DNA from: a virus
IMG/VR virus record: IMGVR_UViG_3300027111_000003
Direction: 5' to 3' (one strand)
DNA: 42,874 nucleotides
Position 1 is the first letter of the stretch. Every line of letters begins with the position of its first letter. Positions 6,502 through 15,302 of this stretch are shown one piece after another. Position numbers and translations under genes: made by a program. Under the pieces are notes generated by a model. The model did not search any database, was not told where the DNA came from, and was given only the letters and a program-made list of their open reading frames with translations.

Positions 6502-8195
6502 GCGAAGCGATCCAGACGCACCAACCGTGCGACGATTGCGGCTCCTCAGATGCCCTCACGGTCTACGCCGACCACACATATTGCTTCTCCTGTGAAACCC
6601 GAAGGAACACCGATGGCGAATCCAGTCCTGACCATCATTCCCATTCTGATAGCGATGGATCGAACAAAGCCCTATACCGGTGCACCTACTCGGCACTCGC
6701 CAAGCGCAACATCACCGAGGAAACGGCGAGATTTTGGTCCTACGGTCGTACTGATGCTCTCGGGCGCAGTGCTGTCCACTGTGCTAATTACCTTGATCTT
6801 AATCGGCAAGTAGTTGCCCAGAAATTAAGGCTGCCTGACAAGACCTTCCCCTGGACAAACCGAGCGGCCTTCAAGGGTCTCTACGGCCAGTGGCTCTGGC
6901 GGGACGGAGGCAAGCAGGTGGTCATCACCGAGGGCGAGATCGATGCCCTGAGTGTGTCACAAGTCCAGCAGAACAAGTGGCCCGTGGTGTCCCTCGTGGA
7001 CGGCGGGGGCAAGAACGCCGTCAAGCCGATCAAGGAAGCCTACGAGTGGCTCCAGAAGTTTGAGAAGATCATCCTCTTCTTCGACAACGACGACAAGGGC
7101 CGCCAGACGGTCGAGATCGTCAAGCGGATGCTGCCGCTAGGTAAGGTGTACATCGCGTTTGCCCCAGAGGGCTTCAAGGACGCGAATGACATGCTCATGG
7201 CGGGGAAGGGCAAACAGATCATCGATACGATCTGGGGAGCCAAGCAGTACCGCCCTGAGGGACTCGTGAGTGGCTCGTCGGTCATCGATCGTCTCCGCAA
7301 CCGCCCGAAGGTCCAAGCCTATCCGTACCCCGCCTTCATGGAGCAGCTCAATTACAAGACCGGTGGCGGCATCCGCCTTGGCGAACTGGACACCTGGACG
7401 TCCGGGACCGGCATGGGCAAGACGACGATCATTAAGGCCCTCCAGCACCACTACTTCCACACGACCTCCTTCAACCAGGCCCTCATCCACCTCGAAGAAC
7501 CTCTCGAAGACACCGGGGACGACCTGATCGCCTACGAGGTCGCCAAGAGGTTCACCGTGGACGACCCGGACTTTCGGGACACCCTCGAATACTCGACCGC
7601 CGCCGAGAAGCTGTTCCTGGCGAAGGACGAGGAGGGCAACGACCGGCTGCAACTCTATGATGCCTTCGGGTCTATGGAGGACGAGAGCCTCTACGAGATC
7701 ATCCGCTACGCCGCCAAGGCGCAGAACTGCAAGATGGTGTGGCTAGACCACCTCTCCATCCTTGTCTCCGACATGGGCGACGGGGCAGGGGCCGATGAGC
7801 GCAAGCGCATCGACAGCATCATGCACAACCTCAAGTCCCTCACGGTCGAGCTCGGCATCTACGTCGGCCTCATCTCACATCTTAGGAAACCCCCAGGAAA
7901 TGGTAAGTCCTTCGAGCAAGGCGCTGTTCCGTCACTTGATGACCTTCGCGGTTCTGGTGGCATTAAGCAGCTCTCAAATGGTGTCTTCGCTATCTCCCGA
8001 GATCAGCAAGCAACCGACCCAACAGTACGCAATACTTCCACGGTCTCCGTCCTTAAGTGTCGCAAGACGGGGCGGACAGGCACCGCGGATTTCCTGACTT
8101 TCTCGGACGCCACAGGGCGCATCGAGAGAGGCACGGACCCGGCACTCGCCGATAACAAGACTGCCTTTAATGACGAAAGCAACGGAGAATACTGA
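6498..8195 (+). CDS. Bifunctional DNA primase/helicase (T7 gp4-like)
   Basis: 565 aa. Has an N-terminal Cys4 zinc ribbon (CDDCGSSD...CFSC), TOPRIM acidic motifs (EGEIDALS, FFDNDDKG), Walker A GTGMGKTT, and a DnaB-like C-terminal half. Confidence 0.95.
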   Translation: MSEAIQTHQPCDDCGSSDALTVYADHTYCFSCETRRNTDGESSPDHHSHSDSDGSNKALYRCTYSALAKRNITEETARFWSYGRTDALGRSAVHCANYLDLNRQVVAQKLRLPDKTFPWTNRAAFKGLYGQWLWRDGGKQVVITEGEIDALSVSQVQQNKWPVVSLVDGGGKNAVKPIKEAYEWLQKFEKIILFFDNDDKGRQTVEIVKRMLPLGKVYIAFAPEGFKDANDMLMAGKGKQIIDTIWGAKQYRPEGLVSGSSVIDRLRNRPKVQAYPYPAFMEQLNYKTGGGIRLGELDTWTSGTGMGKTTIIKALQHHYFHTTSFNQALIHLEEPLEDTGDDLIAYEVAKRFTVDDPDFRDTLEYSTAAEKLFLAKDEEGNDRLQLYDAFGSMEDESLYEIIRYAAKAQNCKMVWLDHLSILVSDMGDGAGADERKRIDSIMHNLKSLTVELGIYVGLISHLRKPPGNGKSFEQGAVPSLDDLRGSGGIKQLSNGVFAISRDQQATDPTVRNTSTVSVLKCRKTGRTGTADFLTFSDATGRIERGTDPALADNKTAFNDESNGEY

Positions 8196-8197
8196 CG

Positions 8198-8389
8198 ATG
8201 AGTGATCGACACGTAACGATCTCTGACGACGAATACGCAAGCCTCCTAGATGACCGGAAGTGGCGACAATGCCTCGAAGATGGTGGTGTGGACAACTGGA
8301 GCTATTACTTCGAGAGCCTCCAAGTAGGCGGCTACTTCGGCGAAGATAATGATCTCGTGGATGAAGACACACTCTTCAGACACGGATGA
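8198..8389 (+). CDS. Hypothetical acidic protein
   Basis: 63-aa ORF beginning 3 nt after the helicase stop. Confidence 0.5.
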   Translation: MSDRHVTISDDEYASLLDDRKWRQCLEDGGVDNWSYYFESLQVGGYFGEDNDLVDEDTLFRHG

Positions 8390-8759
8390 AACTGACGCGG
8401 TCTTCCACCGCGCCGAGCGGTTGACCCTCGAAGCAACCGCCGAACCCAAACTGCTCCCCCAATACCAAGACGCAATGAAACAAGCCCGAGCCCTTGAAGG
8501 TGCTCCGGGATGGAAAGGAAAAACACGCATGACCCAGGTAGAGAAAATCCTCAATCACATCCAGAAGAACGGCTCGATCACGCAGCGTGAAGCGTACCTC
8601 GACTACAGCATCCAGAGCTTCCACCGCCGCCTCTCGGACATCCGCGAGATGGGCATCAAGTTGCTCCCGGTGACCAAGGTCCATCCGACTACCGGACAGG
8701 AATACACGCGCTACTACCTCGCTGGCTCCAAGGCCAACCAGAAGCCGATCGCCGCGTGA
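8349..8759 (+). CDS. Winged-helix DNA-binding protein (HTH_39-like); start uncertain
   Basis: The C-terminal segment ILNHIQKNGSITQREAYLDYSIQSFHRRLSDIREMGIKL...YTRYYL looks like a phage winged-helix domain. Alternative in-frame ATGs at 8475 and 8529. Confidence 0.55.
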   Translation: MISWMKTHSSDTDETDAVFHRAERLTLEATAEPKLLPQYQDAMKQARALEGAPGWKGKTRMTQVEKILNHIQKNGSITQREAYLDYSIQSFHRRLSDIREMGIKLLPVTKVHPTTGQEYTRYYLAGSKANQKPIAA

Positions 8760-8982
8760 CCTACGGGGAAACCTTTTGGCGCACCGTGAGGCTCAGTCTC
8801 ACGGTTGCCCTCCCGGTCCTAGCGGCCATCCTCCTGTCTTTCTAACGGTGAACGTGATGCGCCTGATCGTTATCCTATTGTTCTCGTTCCTTGTTTTGTC
8901 GGTGGCGAACTTCGTGACCAACGTCCTGCTACTGGTACTGTGAGTGAACGACCACACAAACGAAAACCTACCGAGTGATCTC

Positions 8983-9015
8983 AAGGTCTCACGGCGCGGA
9001 GACCTTCTTATTTTC
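8983..9015 (+). terminator. Hairpin plus T-rich tract in the helicase-polymerase intergenic region
   Basis: Perfect 8-bp stem AAGGTCTC/GAGACCTT with an 8-nt loop, followed by CTTATTTTC. Confidence 0.4.
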
Positions 9016-9110
9016 ACGACCCGCACAGCAATCATCTCCATCGACTTCAAACGTCGGGAGGAGATCATAGCGGCCATTCGTGCTCTGACTTAACATACCG
9101 GGGCAACCCA

Positions 9111-11006
9111 TTGAAAACTTTGATATTTGACATCGAGACCGATGGGTTCCTCGAAACGATGACCCGCGTCCACTCGCTTGTCATCAAGGACCCGGACACT
9201 GGAGACCTTACCTCCTGTGCCGCCGACTACGCCATAGACGGTAGGGCTGTTGAGGACGGACTTCACCGCCTCATGGAAGCTGATCGGATCGTCGGCCACA
9301 ACATCATCAAGTTCGACCTCCCGGCGATCCAGAAGGTTTACCCCTGGTTCACCTATGACCCCTCGAAGGTCTTCGACACCCTCGTCGCCTCGCGCCTCAT
9401 CTGGACACAGATCGTGGACACCGACATGGGCAAGATCAGGGCAGGGACCACCACCCTCCCACCGAAGCTCGCCGGTCGCCACGGCCTGGAAGCCTGGGGC
9501 CACCGCCTCGGGAACTGGAAGGGCGACTACGCGAAGATGATGGAAGACCAGGGCCTCGACCCCTGGGCCGCCTGGTCGCAAGACATGCAGGACTACTGCG
9601 AGCAGGACGTCGAGGTAAACGCCCAGCTCTACCAGCTCATCCTAGACAAGAACTACTCCGAGCAAGCCCTTGAAATTGAACGACGTATCGCGTTCATCAT
9701 GGCTGAGATGGAGCGGACAGGCTTCGGCTTTGACGTCGAGAACGCCGAGAAACTCTATGTCAAGCTCGCCGGTAAACGTGAGGAGCTCTCCCAGGAACTC
9801 CGCAACCTCTTCCAGCCCTGGTTCGTCAAGGACGGGCCGATAAAGGAGCCCAAGAAACCCCTGGCTCGCCTCGGGTACTGGGGCCACAAGAACGACGACG
9901 GCTCCTGGACAGGCTACCCCTTCCAGAAGGTCAAGCTCACTGTCTTCAATCCAAACTCACGAGACCACATAGCCGACCGCCTCATGCGGGTTCGCGGCTG
10001 GAAGCCTACCGAGATGACCCCCGGTGGCAAGCCCAAAGTGGACGAAGATGTCCTCGCTGGTCTCAAGTACCCCGAAGCCCAAGCCCTGACCGACTTCATG
10101 ACGCTCCAGAAGCGTATCGGCCAGTTAGCGGAGGGCGACAACGCCTGGATCAAGCTGGTCAAGGCGAACGGGCGCATCCACGGCTCGATCAACCCAAACG
10201 GGGCGGTCACCGGGAGAGCAACTCACAACACTCCGAATATCGCCCAGGTTCCTAAGGTCGGGACCCTCTACGGGGCCGAGTGCCGTGCCCTGTTCCTCGC
10301 CAAGATGAAGGGCCGGGTGCAGCTCGGCTGCGACGTCTCTGGTCTCGAACTGCGAATGCTTGGTCATTTCATGGCGAAGCACGACGGCGGGGCCTATGGC
10401 CGCGAGGTGATCGAGGGAGACATCCACACGATCAACCAGACAGCCGCAGGGCTCCCCACGCGAGACGATGCCAAGACCTTCATCTACGCCTTCCTATACG
10501 GGGCGGGGGACGGAAAGATTGGCTCGATCATCGGCAAGGGACGCAACGCGGGACGGCTCATAAAGAAGAAGTTCTTTGAGAAGGTCCCCGCTCTGGCGAA
10601 ACTCGTGGAGGGTGTCAAGGCCGCCGCAAACAGCAAGGGTTACCTGAAGGGCCTCGACGGTCGCCTCCTGCACATCCGCTCGGACCACGCTGCGCTCAAC
10701 ACGCTGTTGCAGTCGGCAGGGGCCATCGTGTGCAAGCAGTGGATCATAGAATTCTACGATCTCCTGTCCGAACACGGGCTGCACGACAAGGTTGCTATCG
10801 TGGCATGGGTACATGATGAGTTGCAAATGGAAGTCGATCGGTCGCTCCTCCGGGAGGAACTGAACGACAAAGGCGAGACGGTCATCAAGTCGCTCGTCGG
10901 TGATCTGTGCATCCAAGCGATTGAACGCGCAGGAAATAAACTCGGCATCCGTGTGCCGCTCACTGGTGAATACAAGACTGGAAAGAACTGGAAGGACTGC
11001 CACTGA
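9111..11006 (+). CDS. Family A DNA polymerase (T7 gp5-like)
   Basis: 631 aa. Has Exo I DIETDG and pol motifs CDVSGLELRML, RDDAKTFIYAFLYGAG and WVHDELQ. Only a TTG start (9111) precedes the conserved DIETD. Confidence 0.95.
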   Translation: MKTLIFDIETDGFLETMTRVHSLVIKDPDTGDLTSCAADYAIDGRAVEDGLHRLMEADRIVGHNIIKFDLPAIQKVYPWFTYDPSKVFDTLVASRLIWTQIVDTDMGKIRAGTTTLPPKLAGRHGLEAWGHRLGNWKGDYAKMMEDQGLDPWAAWSQDMQDYCEQDVEVNAQLYQLILDKNYSEQALEIERRIAFIMAEMERTGFGFDVENAEKLYVKLAGKREELSQELRNLFQPWFVKDGPIKEPKKPLARLGYWGHKNDDGSWTGYPFQKVKLTVFNPNSRDHIADRLMRVRGWKPTEMTPGGKPKVDEDVLAGLKYPEAQALTDFMTLQKRIGQLAEGDNAWIKLVKANGRIHGSINPNGAVTGRATHNTPNIAQVPKVGTLYGAECRALFLAKMKGRVQLGCDVSGLELRMLGHFMAKHDGGAYGREVIEGDIHTINQTAAGLPTRDDAKTFIYAFLYGAGDGKIGSIIGKGRNAGRLIKKKFFEKVPALAKLVEGVKAAANSKGYLKGLDGRLLHIRSDHAALNTLLQSAGAIVCKQWIIEFYDLLSEHGLHDKVAIVAWVHDELQMEVDRSLLREELNDKGETVIKSLVGDLCIQAIERAGNKLGIRVPLTGEYKTGKNWKDCH

Positions 11007-11245
11007 TGCAACGCTTTCATCCTGTGCCGGGGTTCCTCGGCATCTCCTACGGAGACATGACGACCAACGCCATCATCTGGGGCATGGACGGGGAGTTCTA
11101 CTTCTACGTCGTCTCCCGAGCGGAGGCCGCCCAGATCGAGGAGTGGCACCAGCGGGACACCCTCGAAGACTGCGTGTCGAAACTCGCCAAGATTCTCCCG
11201 AGGGCATCCAACGATGACCTCTCGATGTTCTGCTGGGGTATGTGA
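11006..11245 (+). CDS. Hypothetical protein
   Basis: 79-aa ORF with an ATGA overlap on the polymerase stop. Confidence 0.55.
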   Translation: MQRFHPVPGFLGISYGDMTTNAIIWGMDGEFYFYVVSRAEAAQIEEWHQRDTLEDCVSKLAKILPRASNDDLSMFCWGM

Positions 11246-11539
11246 TTGATCGGTCCCCTCTTCTTCATTCTAAACATGGACGCCCCTCCCGAGTACCGGG
11301 TGGACCTCTATTGTAGCCGCAAGAGAGTGACCAGGACGCATGTCCACTTTGAGGTCATCAACGGTTGCTGGGACGGACAGATCAATCCCGAAACCGGCGA
11401 GCTCCTAATTAAGGCGACCGGCGGCATCTCTCGAAACAACCGCATCCTCAATGTCTCCCCGCCCAAAAATCGGAGCGGCAACTACAACGATGCAATTAAC
11501 TGGGCCAGGGAATACCTGATTGAAAACTCTCCTGATTGA
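11246..11539 (+). CDS. Hypothetical protein (start TTG 11246 or ATG 11276)
   Basis: 97/87-aa ORF filling the gap before the exonuclease gene. Confidence 0.5.
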   Translation: MIGPLFFILNMDAPPEYRVDLYCSRKRVTRTHVHFEVINGCWDGQINPETGELLIKATGGISRNNRILNVSPPKNRSGNYNDAINWAREYLIENSPD

Positions 11540-12329
11540 CGGCGACATGCTCGTCCACCGGTCCACTGTGGCCGTCGAAAAAGACACCCGGTTCCTCGAC
11601 CGATACCACATCCTGTTTTCGGACGCCGAGAGCGCCTGGAATGTCCTCATGGAAACCCTGGGGGAACTCCAGGACTCCTCGGGCACCTCCGAGGTCCTCG
11701 TCGCCTTCTCTGACCCGGAAGAGAACTTCCGCAAGGGCCTCGTCGGCGGGGACTACAAGTCTCACCGGGCCGGTTCGCGCAAGCCGCTGGCCTACTGGGA
11801 AACCCGGAGGCGGGTCGAGGAGGGCTTCTCCACGATCTGCTATCCGACCTTGGAGGCCGACGACGTGATGGGTGTCCTCATGACCGAGCACCCCGGCGAT
11901 TTCGTCCTCTGGTCCCTCGACAAGGACTTGAAGCAAATCCCCGGTTACCACCTGGTGGACGACGAGGTCATCAAGCGGCCCCTCTCCGAGTGTGACCTCT
12001 TCTTCTACCTCCAGACGCTCGCTGGCGATGTCACCGATGGGTACACCGGGTGCCCGGGCATCGGCAAGGACCGGGCCGAGAAGTACCTCCGGGAGAACCT
12101 CCGGGTTACCCCGGTGAGCCATGAGCTCAAAAGCGGCCCCCGCAAGGGCCAAGTCGAAACGCGATGGGACGAGGGGCTCGCCTCCTCTCCCTGGGATACC
12201 GTGGTGTCCCTATACCAAAAGGCCGGTCTCGGGGAGGAGGACGCGCTCCTCAACGCCCGGATGGCTCGCATTCTTCGCACAGAAGACTACGTGAATGGAG
12301 AAATCGTCCTTTGGACCCCCAACGCATAA
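11520..12329 (+). CDS. 5'-3' exonuclease (T7 gp6-like, FEN/PIN fold)
   Basis: 269 aa. Has N-terminal LLIDGDMLVH and acidic clusters (EADDVMG, SLDKDL). TTG start, because no ATG precedes the conserved N-terminus. Confidence 0.88.
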   Translation: MKTLLIDGDMLVHRSTVAVEKDTRFLDRYHILFSDAESAWNVLMETLGELQDSSGTSEVLVAFSDPEENFRKGLVGGDYKSHRAGSRKPLAYWETRRRVEEGFSTICYPTLEADDVMGVLMTEHPGDFVLWSLDKDLKQIPGYHLVDDEVIKRPLSECDLFFYLQTLAGDVTDGYTGCPGIGKDRAEKYLRENLRVTPVSHELKSGPRKGQVETRWDEGLASSPWDTVVSLYQKAGLGEEDALLNARMARILRTEDYVNGEIVLWTPNA

Positions 12330-12547
12330 CCTCGGACGGCGGATCGTCCAGCTACTATATCCTCCCAGAAGGGGCCAAGGAATTAGGAGACCTCATCGAG
12401 TTCAAAGAAATGGACTTCAATCTCGGTAACATCTTCAAGGCTTGTTACCGACTGGGTGAGAAGAATGACCCGCTGTACGAGATCAACAAGATGGAGTGGT
12501 TCGTCGCCAGACTAAAGGCGCACTACCTCCGAAAGACACAAAAGTAA
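12311..12547 (+). CDS. DUF3310-like protein
   Basis: GSSSYYILPEGAKELGDLIEF...FNLGNIFKACYRLGEK...KMEWFVARLKAHY matches my memory of DUF3310. No ATG is available upstream of the conserved part. TTG at 12311 lies 10 nt after GGAG. Confidence 0.6.
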   Translation: MDPQRITSDGGSSSYYILPEGAKELGDLIEFKEMDFNLGNIFKACYRLGEKNDPLYEINKMEWFVARLKAHYLRKTQK

Positions 12548-12560
12548 CTATCGACACATA

Positions 12561-12587
12561 GAGGGTTCCTTCGGGGACCCTCTTTTT
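12561..12587 (+). terminator. Strong hairpin terminator at the end of the DNA-metabolism block
   Basis: 9-bp stem GAGGGTTCC/GGGGACCCTC with a UUCG tetraloop, followed by TTTTT. Confidence 0.85.
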
Positions 12588-12605
12588 GTTTGTCAAGTAC
12601 AAAAT

Positions 12606-12628
12606 AATTACCCCTCCATACAGAGAGA
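12606..12628 (+). promoter_or_regulatory. Family-B phage promoter candidate B2 (AATTACCCCTCCATACA|GAGAGA)
   Basis: Identical to the T3 consensus AATTAACCCTCACTAAAGGGAGA at 18 of 23 positions. It lies immediately after the terminator and ahead of the structural block. Confidence 0.65.
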
Positions 12629-12639
12629 CACGTAAAGAA

Positions 12640-12822
12640 ATGACGCAAGTTTTTCCTAGTGACGCTAGTTACCCTTCAGTAACCCCTCAACTTATAGAAC
12701 ACCTTTGTAATAAATACCCATTAGAGGGTTTTAAGAATATTCGTTCAGAAGGTGAACTAAAGACATACCAAGGTGCACAAGAGGTCATTGACTACTTGAA
12801 GACACTGCTCGCCCGACAGTAA
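12640..12822 (+). CDS. Hypothetical protein in a low-GC islet
   Basis: 60 aa from the ATG at 12640. The track ORF starts at a TTG inside the terminator T-run. The local A+T-rich composition differs from the flanks. Confidence 0.5.
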   Translation: MTQVFPSDASYPSVTPQLIEHLCNKYPLEGFKNIRSEGELKTYQGAQEVIDYLKTLLARQ

Positions 12823-12831
12823 GGAAAGCCG

Positions 12832-13035
12832 ATGTGTTTCGGTGGTAAGGAATCAAAGGTAGAGGCCCCGCCGCCTCCGGCTGAGACCCTTGAACAGGTG
12901 GCCCCTGAGAAGAAGACAGCCGCAAAGATCAACAACTCCCTGTCCATCGGTACGAAGAAGTACCGCAACGAAAGTGGTCTCGGAACCTCTGGCATGATCT
13001 CGGGTTCACCCTCGGGTCTGTCCCTGTCCAAATAA
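12832..13035 (+). CDS. Small virion-associated protein candidate (gp7.3-like position)
   Basis: 67 aa starting MCFGG. Low complexity with a Ser/Gly-rich C-terminus. SD AAGGA. It sits just before the portal gene. Confidence 0.5.
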   Translation: MCFGGKESKVEAPPPPAETLEQVAPEKKTAAKINNSLSIGTKKYRNESGLGTSGMISGSPSGLSLSK

Positions 13036-13038
13036 CGA

Positions 13039-14682
13039 GTGCCAATGTCTGACCCCGTGAATGACCTCACGGCGGTAGTGGACGCTGACGCCGCGATGTA
13101 CTCCAGGCTGGAGACAGATCGCGAAGACTTTCTGTACCGAGCGCGTGAAAACGCCAAGCTCACCATCCCATCCCTGATGCCACCCGAAGGCCACTCGTCG
13201 GCCTCCCAGCTTTACAAGCCGTGGCAATCGATCGGTTCTCACGGGGTTAACACCCTGACCTCCAAGCTCCTGATGACCCTCCTGCCAGCGAACGCTCCCA
13301 TGTTCCGCTACTCGACAAGCGACCAAGCTATCGAGGAACTGGCCCAGGACAAGAACGTCCGAGCCGATGTCGAGAAGAAGCTCAACGAGATTGAGCGTTC
13401 CGTCCAGGATGAGATCGAAGGTCTCAGTATCCGAGCCGCCCTAGTGGAAGCCCTGAAGCACCTCGTGGTGTGTGGGAATGTCCTGCTATACCTCCCGAAG
13501 TCCGGGAACCTCCGAATTTACCGCCTGGACCGCTACGTCGTCCAGCGAGACTACGAAGGCAACCTCCTTCGTGTCCTCATCAAAGAGACGGTCGCCAAGG
13601 AAACCCTTCCGGCCAACATCCAGGCCATGCTGTCCACCCCGAGTGACCTTCCGTCCGAGAAGGACAAACAGGTCAACGAGAAGGAATACGACGTTTACAC
13701 CGTGTTCACTCGTCAGGGAGACCGCCTGGTTACCCACCAGTCCATCAAGGGCATGAAGCTCCCCGGTTCCGAGGGCTCCTGGAAGGTCGATAAGTCGCCG
13801 ATCATGGCGCTTCGCTGGACCTACCTCCACGATGAAGACTATGGCCGCGCCTACATTGACGAGTACATCGGTGACCTGACCGGCGCAGAGGCCCTCTCGA
13901 AGGCCCTTCGCGAAGCTGCTGCGGCCTCGTCCAAGATTAACCCCATGGTGAACCCTACGGGCCTCACCAGGGCAGTCGACATCGCCAACGCCGAGAACCT
14001 CGAAGTCATCTCTGGCCGCGCCGACGATGTCACCATGCTCCAGTTCGACAAGCAAGCCGACATGCAGGTAACCCAGGTGGTCCTCCAGGACCTCATTACC
14101 CGCCTGTCACACGCTTTCATGATGAACAAGTCCATTCAACGTAACGGAGAGCGCGTCACAGCCGAAGAAGTGCGCACAATGATCTCCGACATTGATGATG
14201 TCCTCGGCGGTATCTACTCGCTGCTCGCCCAAGAGCTCCAGCTTCCATTGGTGGTCCGAATTATCGACCGAATGGAGCGCGAGAAGAAGATACCGAAGCT
14301 GTCGTCCCTCAAGGGAGCCGATGGTAAACCAGTCACTCGACCGAAGATCGTGACAGGTATTGAGGCGCTCGGACGTGGTCACGACTACAACAAGTACATG
14401 ACCCTCGTGAAGGAAGTACTTGCCCCGATCGGTGACGCTGCATGGCAGGAAGTCAATCTCAGCGACTTCATCAAGCGAGCCGCTGTGTCTCTATCCATCG
14501 ATACTGATGGTCTACTCAAGAGCCCCGAAGACAAGCAAGCCGCCCTCGCGCAGCAGCAGGGTCTTCAGCAGGGCCAAATGAACCAGCAGATGCTAATGGA
14601 CGTGGTGAAAGGCGCAACGCCCCAGGTCGCCAAGGTGGCCTCTGAGGGTATCGCTTCTCAAATCACAGGGACACCAGAATAA
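13039..14682 (+). CDS. Portal (head-tail connector) protein, T7 gp8-like
   Basis: 547 aa (GTG 13039; the first ATG is at 13045). Size and position relative to scaffold and capsid fit gp8, and it has an acidic/Gln-rich C-terminus. Confidence 0.92.
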   Translation: MPMSDPVNDLTAVVDADAAMYSRLETDREDFLYRARENAKLTIPSLMPPEGHSSASQLYKPWQSIGSHGVNTLTSKLLMTLLPANAPMFRYSTSDQAIEELAQDKNVRADVEKKLNEIERSVQDEIEGLSIRAALVEALKHLVVCGNVLLYLPKSGNLRIYRLDRYVVQRDYEGNLLRVLIKETVAKETLPANIQAMLSTPSDLPSEKDKQVNEKEYDVYTVFTRQGDRLVTHQSIKGMKLPGSEGSWKVDKSPIMALRWTYLHDEDYGRAYIDEYIGDLTGAEALSKALREAAAASSKINPMVNPTGLTRAVDIANAENLEVISGRADDVTMLQFDKQADMQVTQVVLQDLITRLSHAFMMNKSIQRNGERVTAEEVRTMISDIDDVLGGIYSLLAQELQLPLVVRIIDRMEREKKIPKLSSLKGADGKPVTRPKIVTGIEALGRGHDYNKYMTLVKEVLAPIGDAAWQEVNLSDFIKRAAVSLSIDTDGLLKSPEDKQAALAQQQGLQQGQMNQQMLMDVVKGATPQVAKVASEGIASQITGTPE

Positions 14683-15302
14683 TGGCATCCTTCAGTAACG
14701 CCTTCTCCGCTGCCCGAAAGGCGGGGAAGAAGACTTTCACATGGCAGGGCAAGAGCTACAATACGAAGGTAGCCAAGACCCCCAAGCTCCCTAAGAAGGG
14801 GCCGGTCCCAACCGCCAAGCCTACCGCCAAGACTGGTGCCACGGCTTCCGCCAAGGCCGCAGCTCCCAAGGCTCGGGCCGACTTCCCGAAGCCAGCGAAG
14901 GGCGTAGGCATCGCCAAGCCCGGTTCGCGTATCTCCAAGGCAGTCGCCCGGAAAGAGAACGCCCCGAAGTCCACCGTGAAGTCGGACGCCCCGGCTCCCA
15001 AGCTGGCGGCCCTCGGGAGAACCTCGGGGAAAACCCCGGTTCCCACGTCCAGCCCGAACAAGGCAGACCTCGGGAAATCCACGGGTAAGACCCCGATCCC
15101 CGCGAGCAACCCCCGGAACGCCCCGGCAGTCGGCATCGCCCGTAAGGGGTCCCCGCTGGCCATCGCTGCGCAGCGCCGCAAGGAAGCCCCGGTGAAGGAC
15201 GACAAGCCAATCGACGCGCTCAAGTACAGCCCCACGCCCCTGGCGAAGGCTCACATGGGCGACCTGACTGGCCCGAAGTTCCCGAAGCCGAAGAAGAAGT
15301 AA
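14682..15302 (+). CDS. Lys/Pro/Ala-rich basic low-complexity protein (histone-H1/AlgP-like composition)
   Basis: 206 aa with a TAATG overlap on the portal stop. N-terminal motif FSAARKAGKKTFTWQGKSYNTK is followed by KPxA/KTPxP repeats, including SGKTPVPTSSPN / TGKTPIPASNPRN. Confidence 0.7.
   Translation: MASFSNAFSAARKAGKKTFTWQGKSYNTKVAKTPKLPKKGPVPTAKPTAKTGATASAKAAAPKARADFPKPAKGVGIAKPGSRISKAVARKENAPKSTVKSDAPAPKLAALGRTSGKTPVPTSSPNKADLGKSTGKTPIPASNPRNAPAVGIARKGSPLAIAAQRRKEAPVKDDKPIDALKYSPTPLAKAHMGDLTGPKFPKPKKK

Noticed and set aside
12547-12569. TAACTATCGACACATAGAGGG, loosely T7-promoter-like
   Set aside because: It needs gaps to align to either motif family, and its 3' half is the ascending arm of the terminator hairpin.
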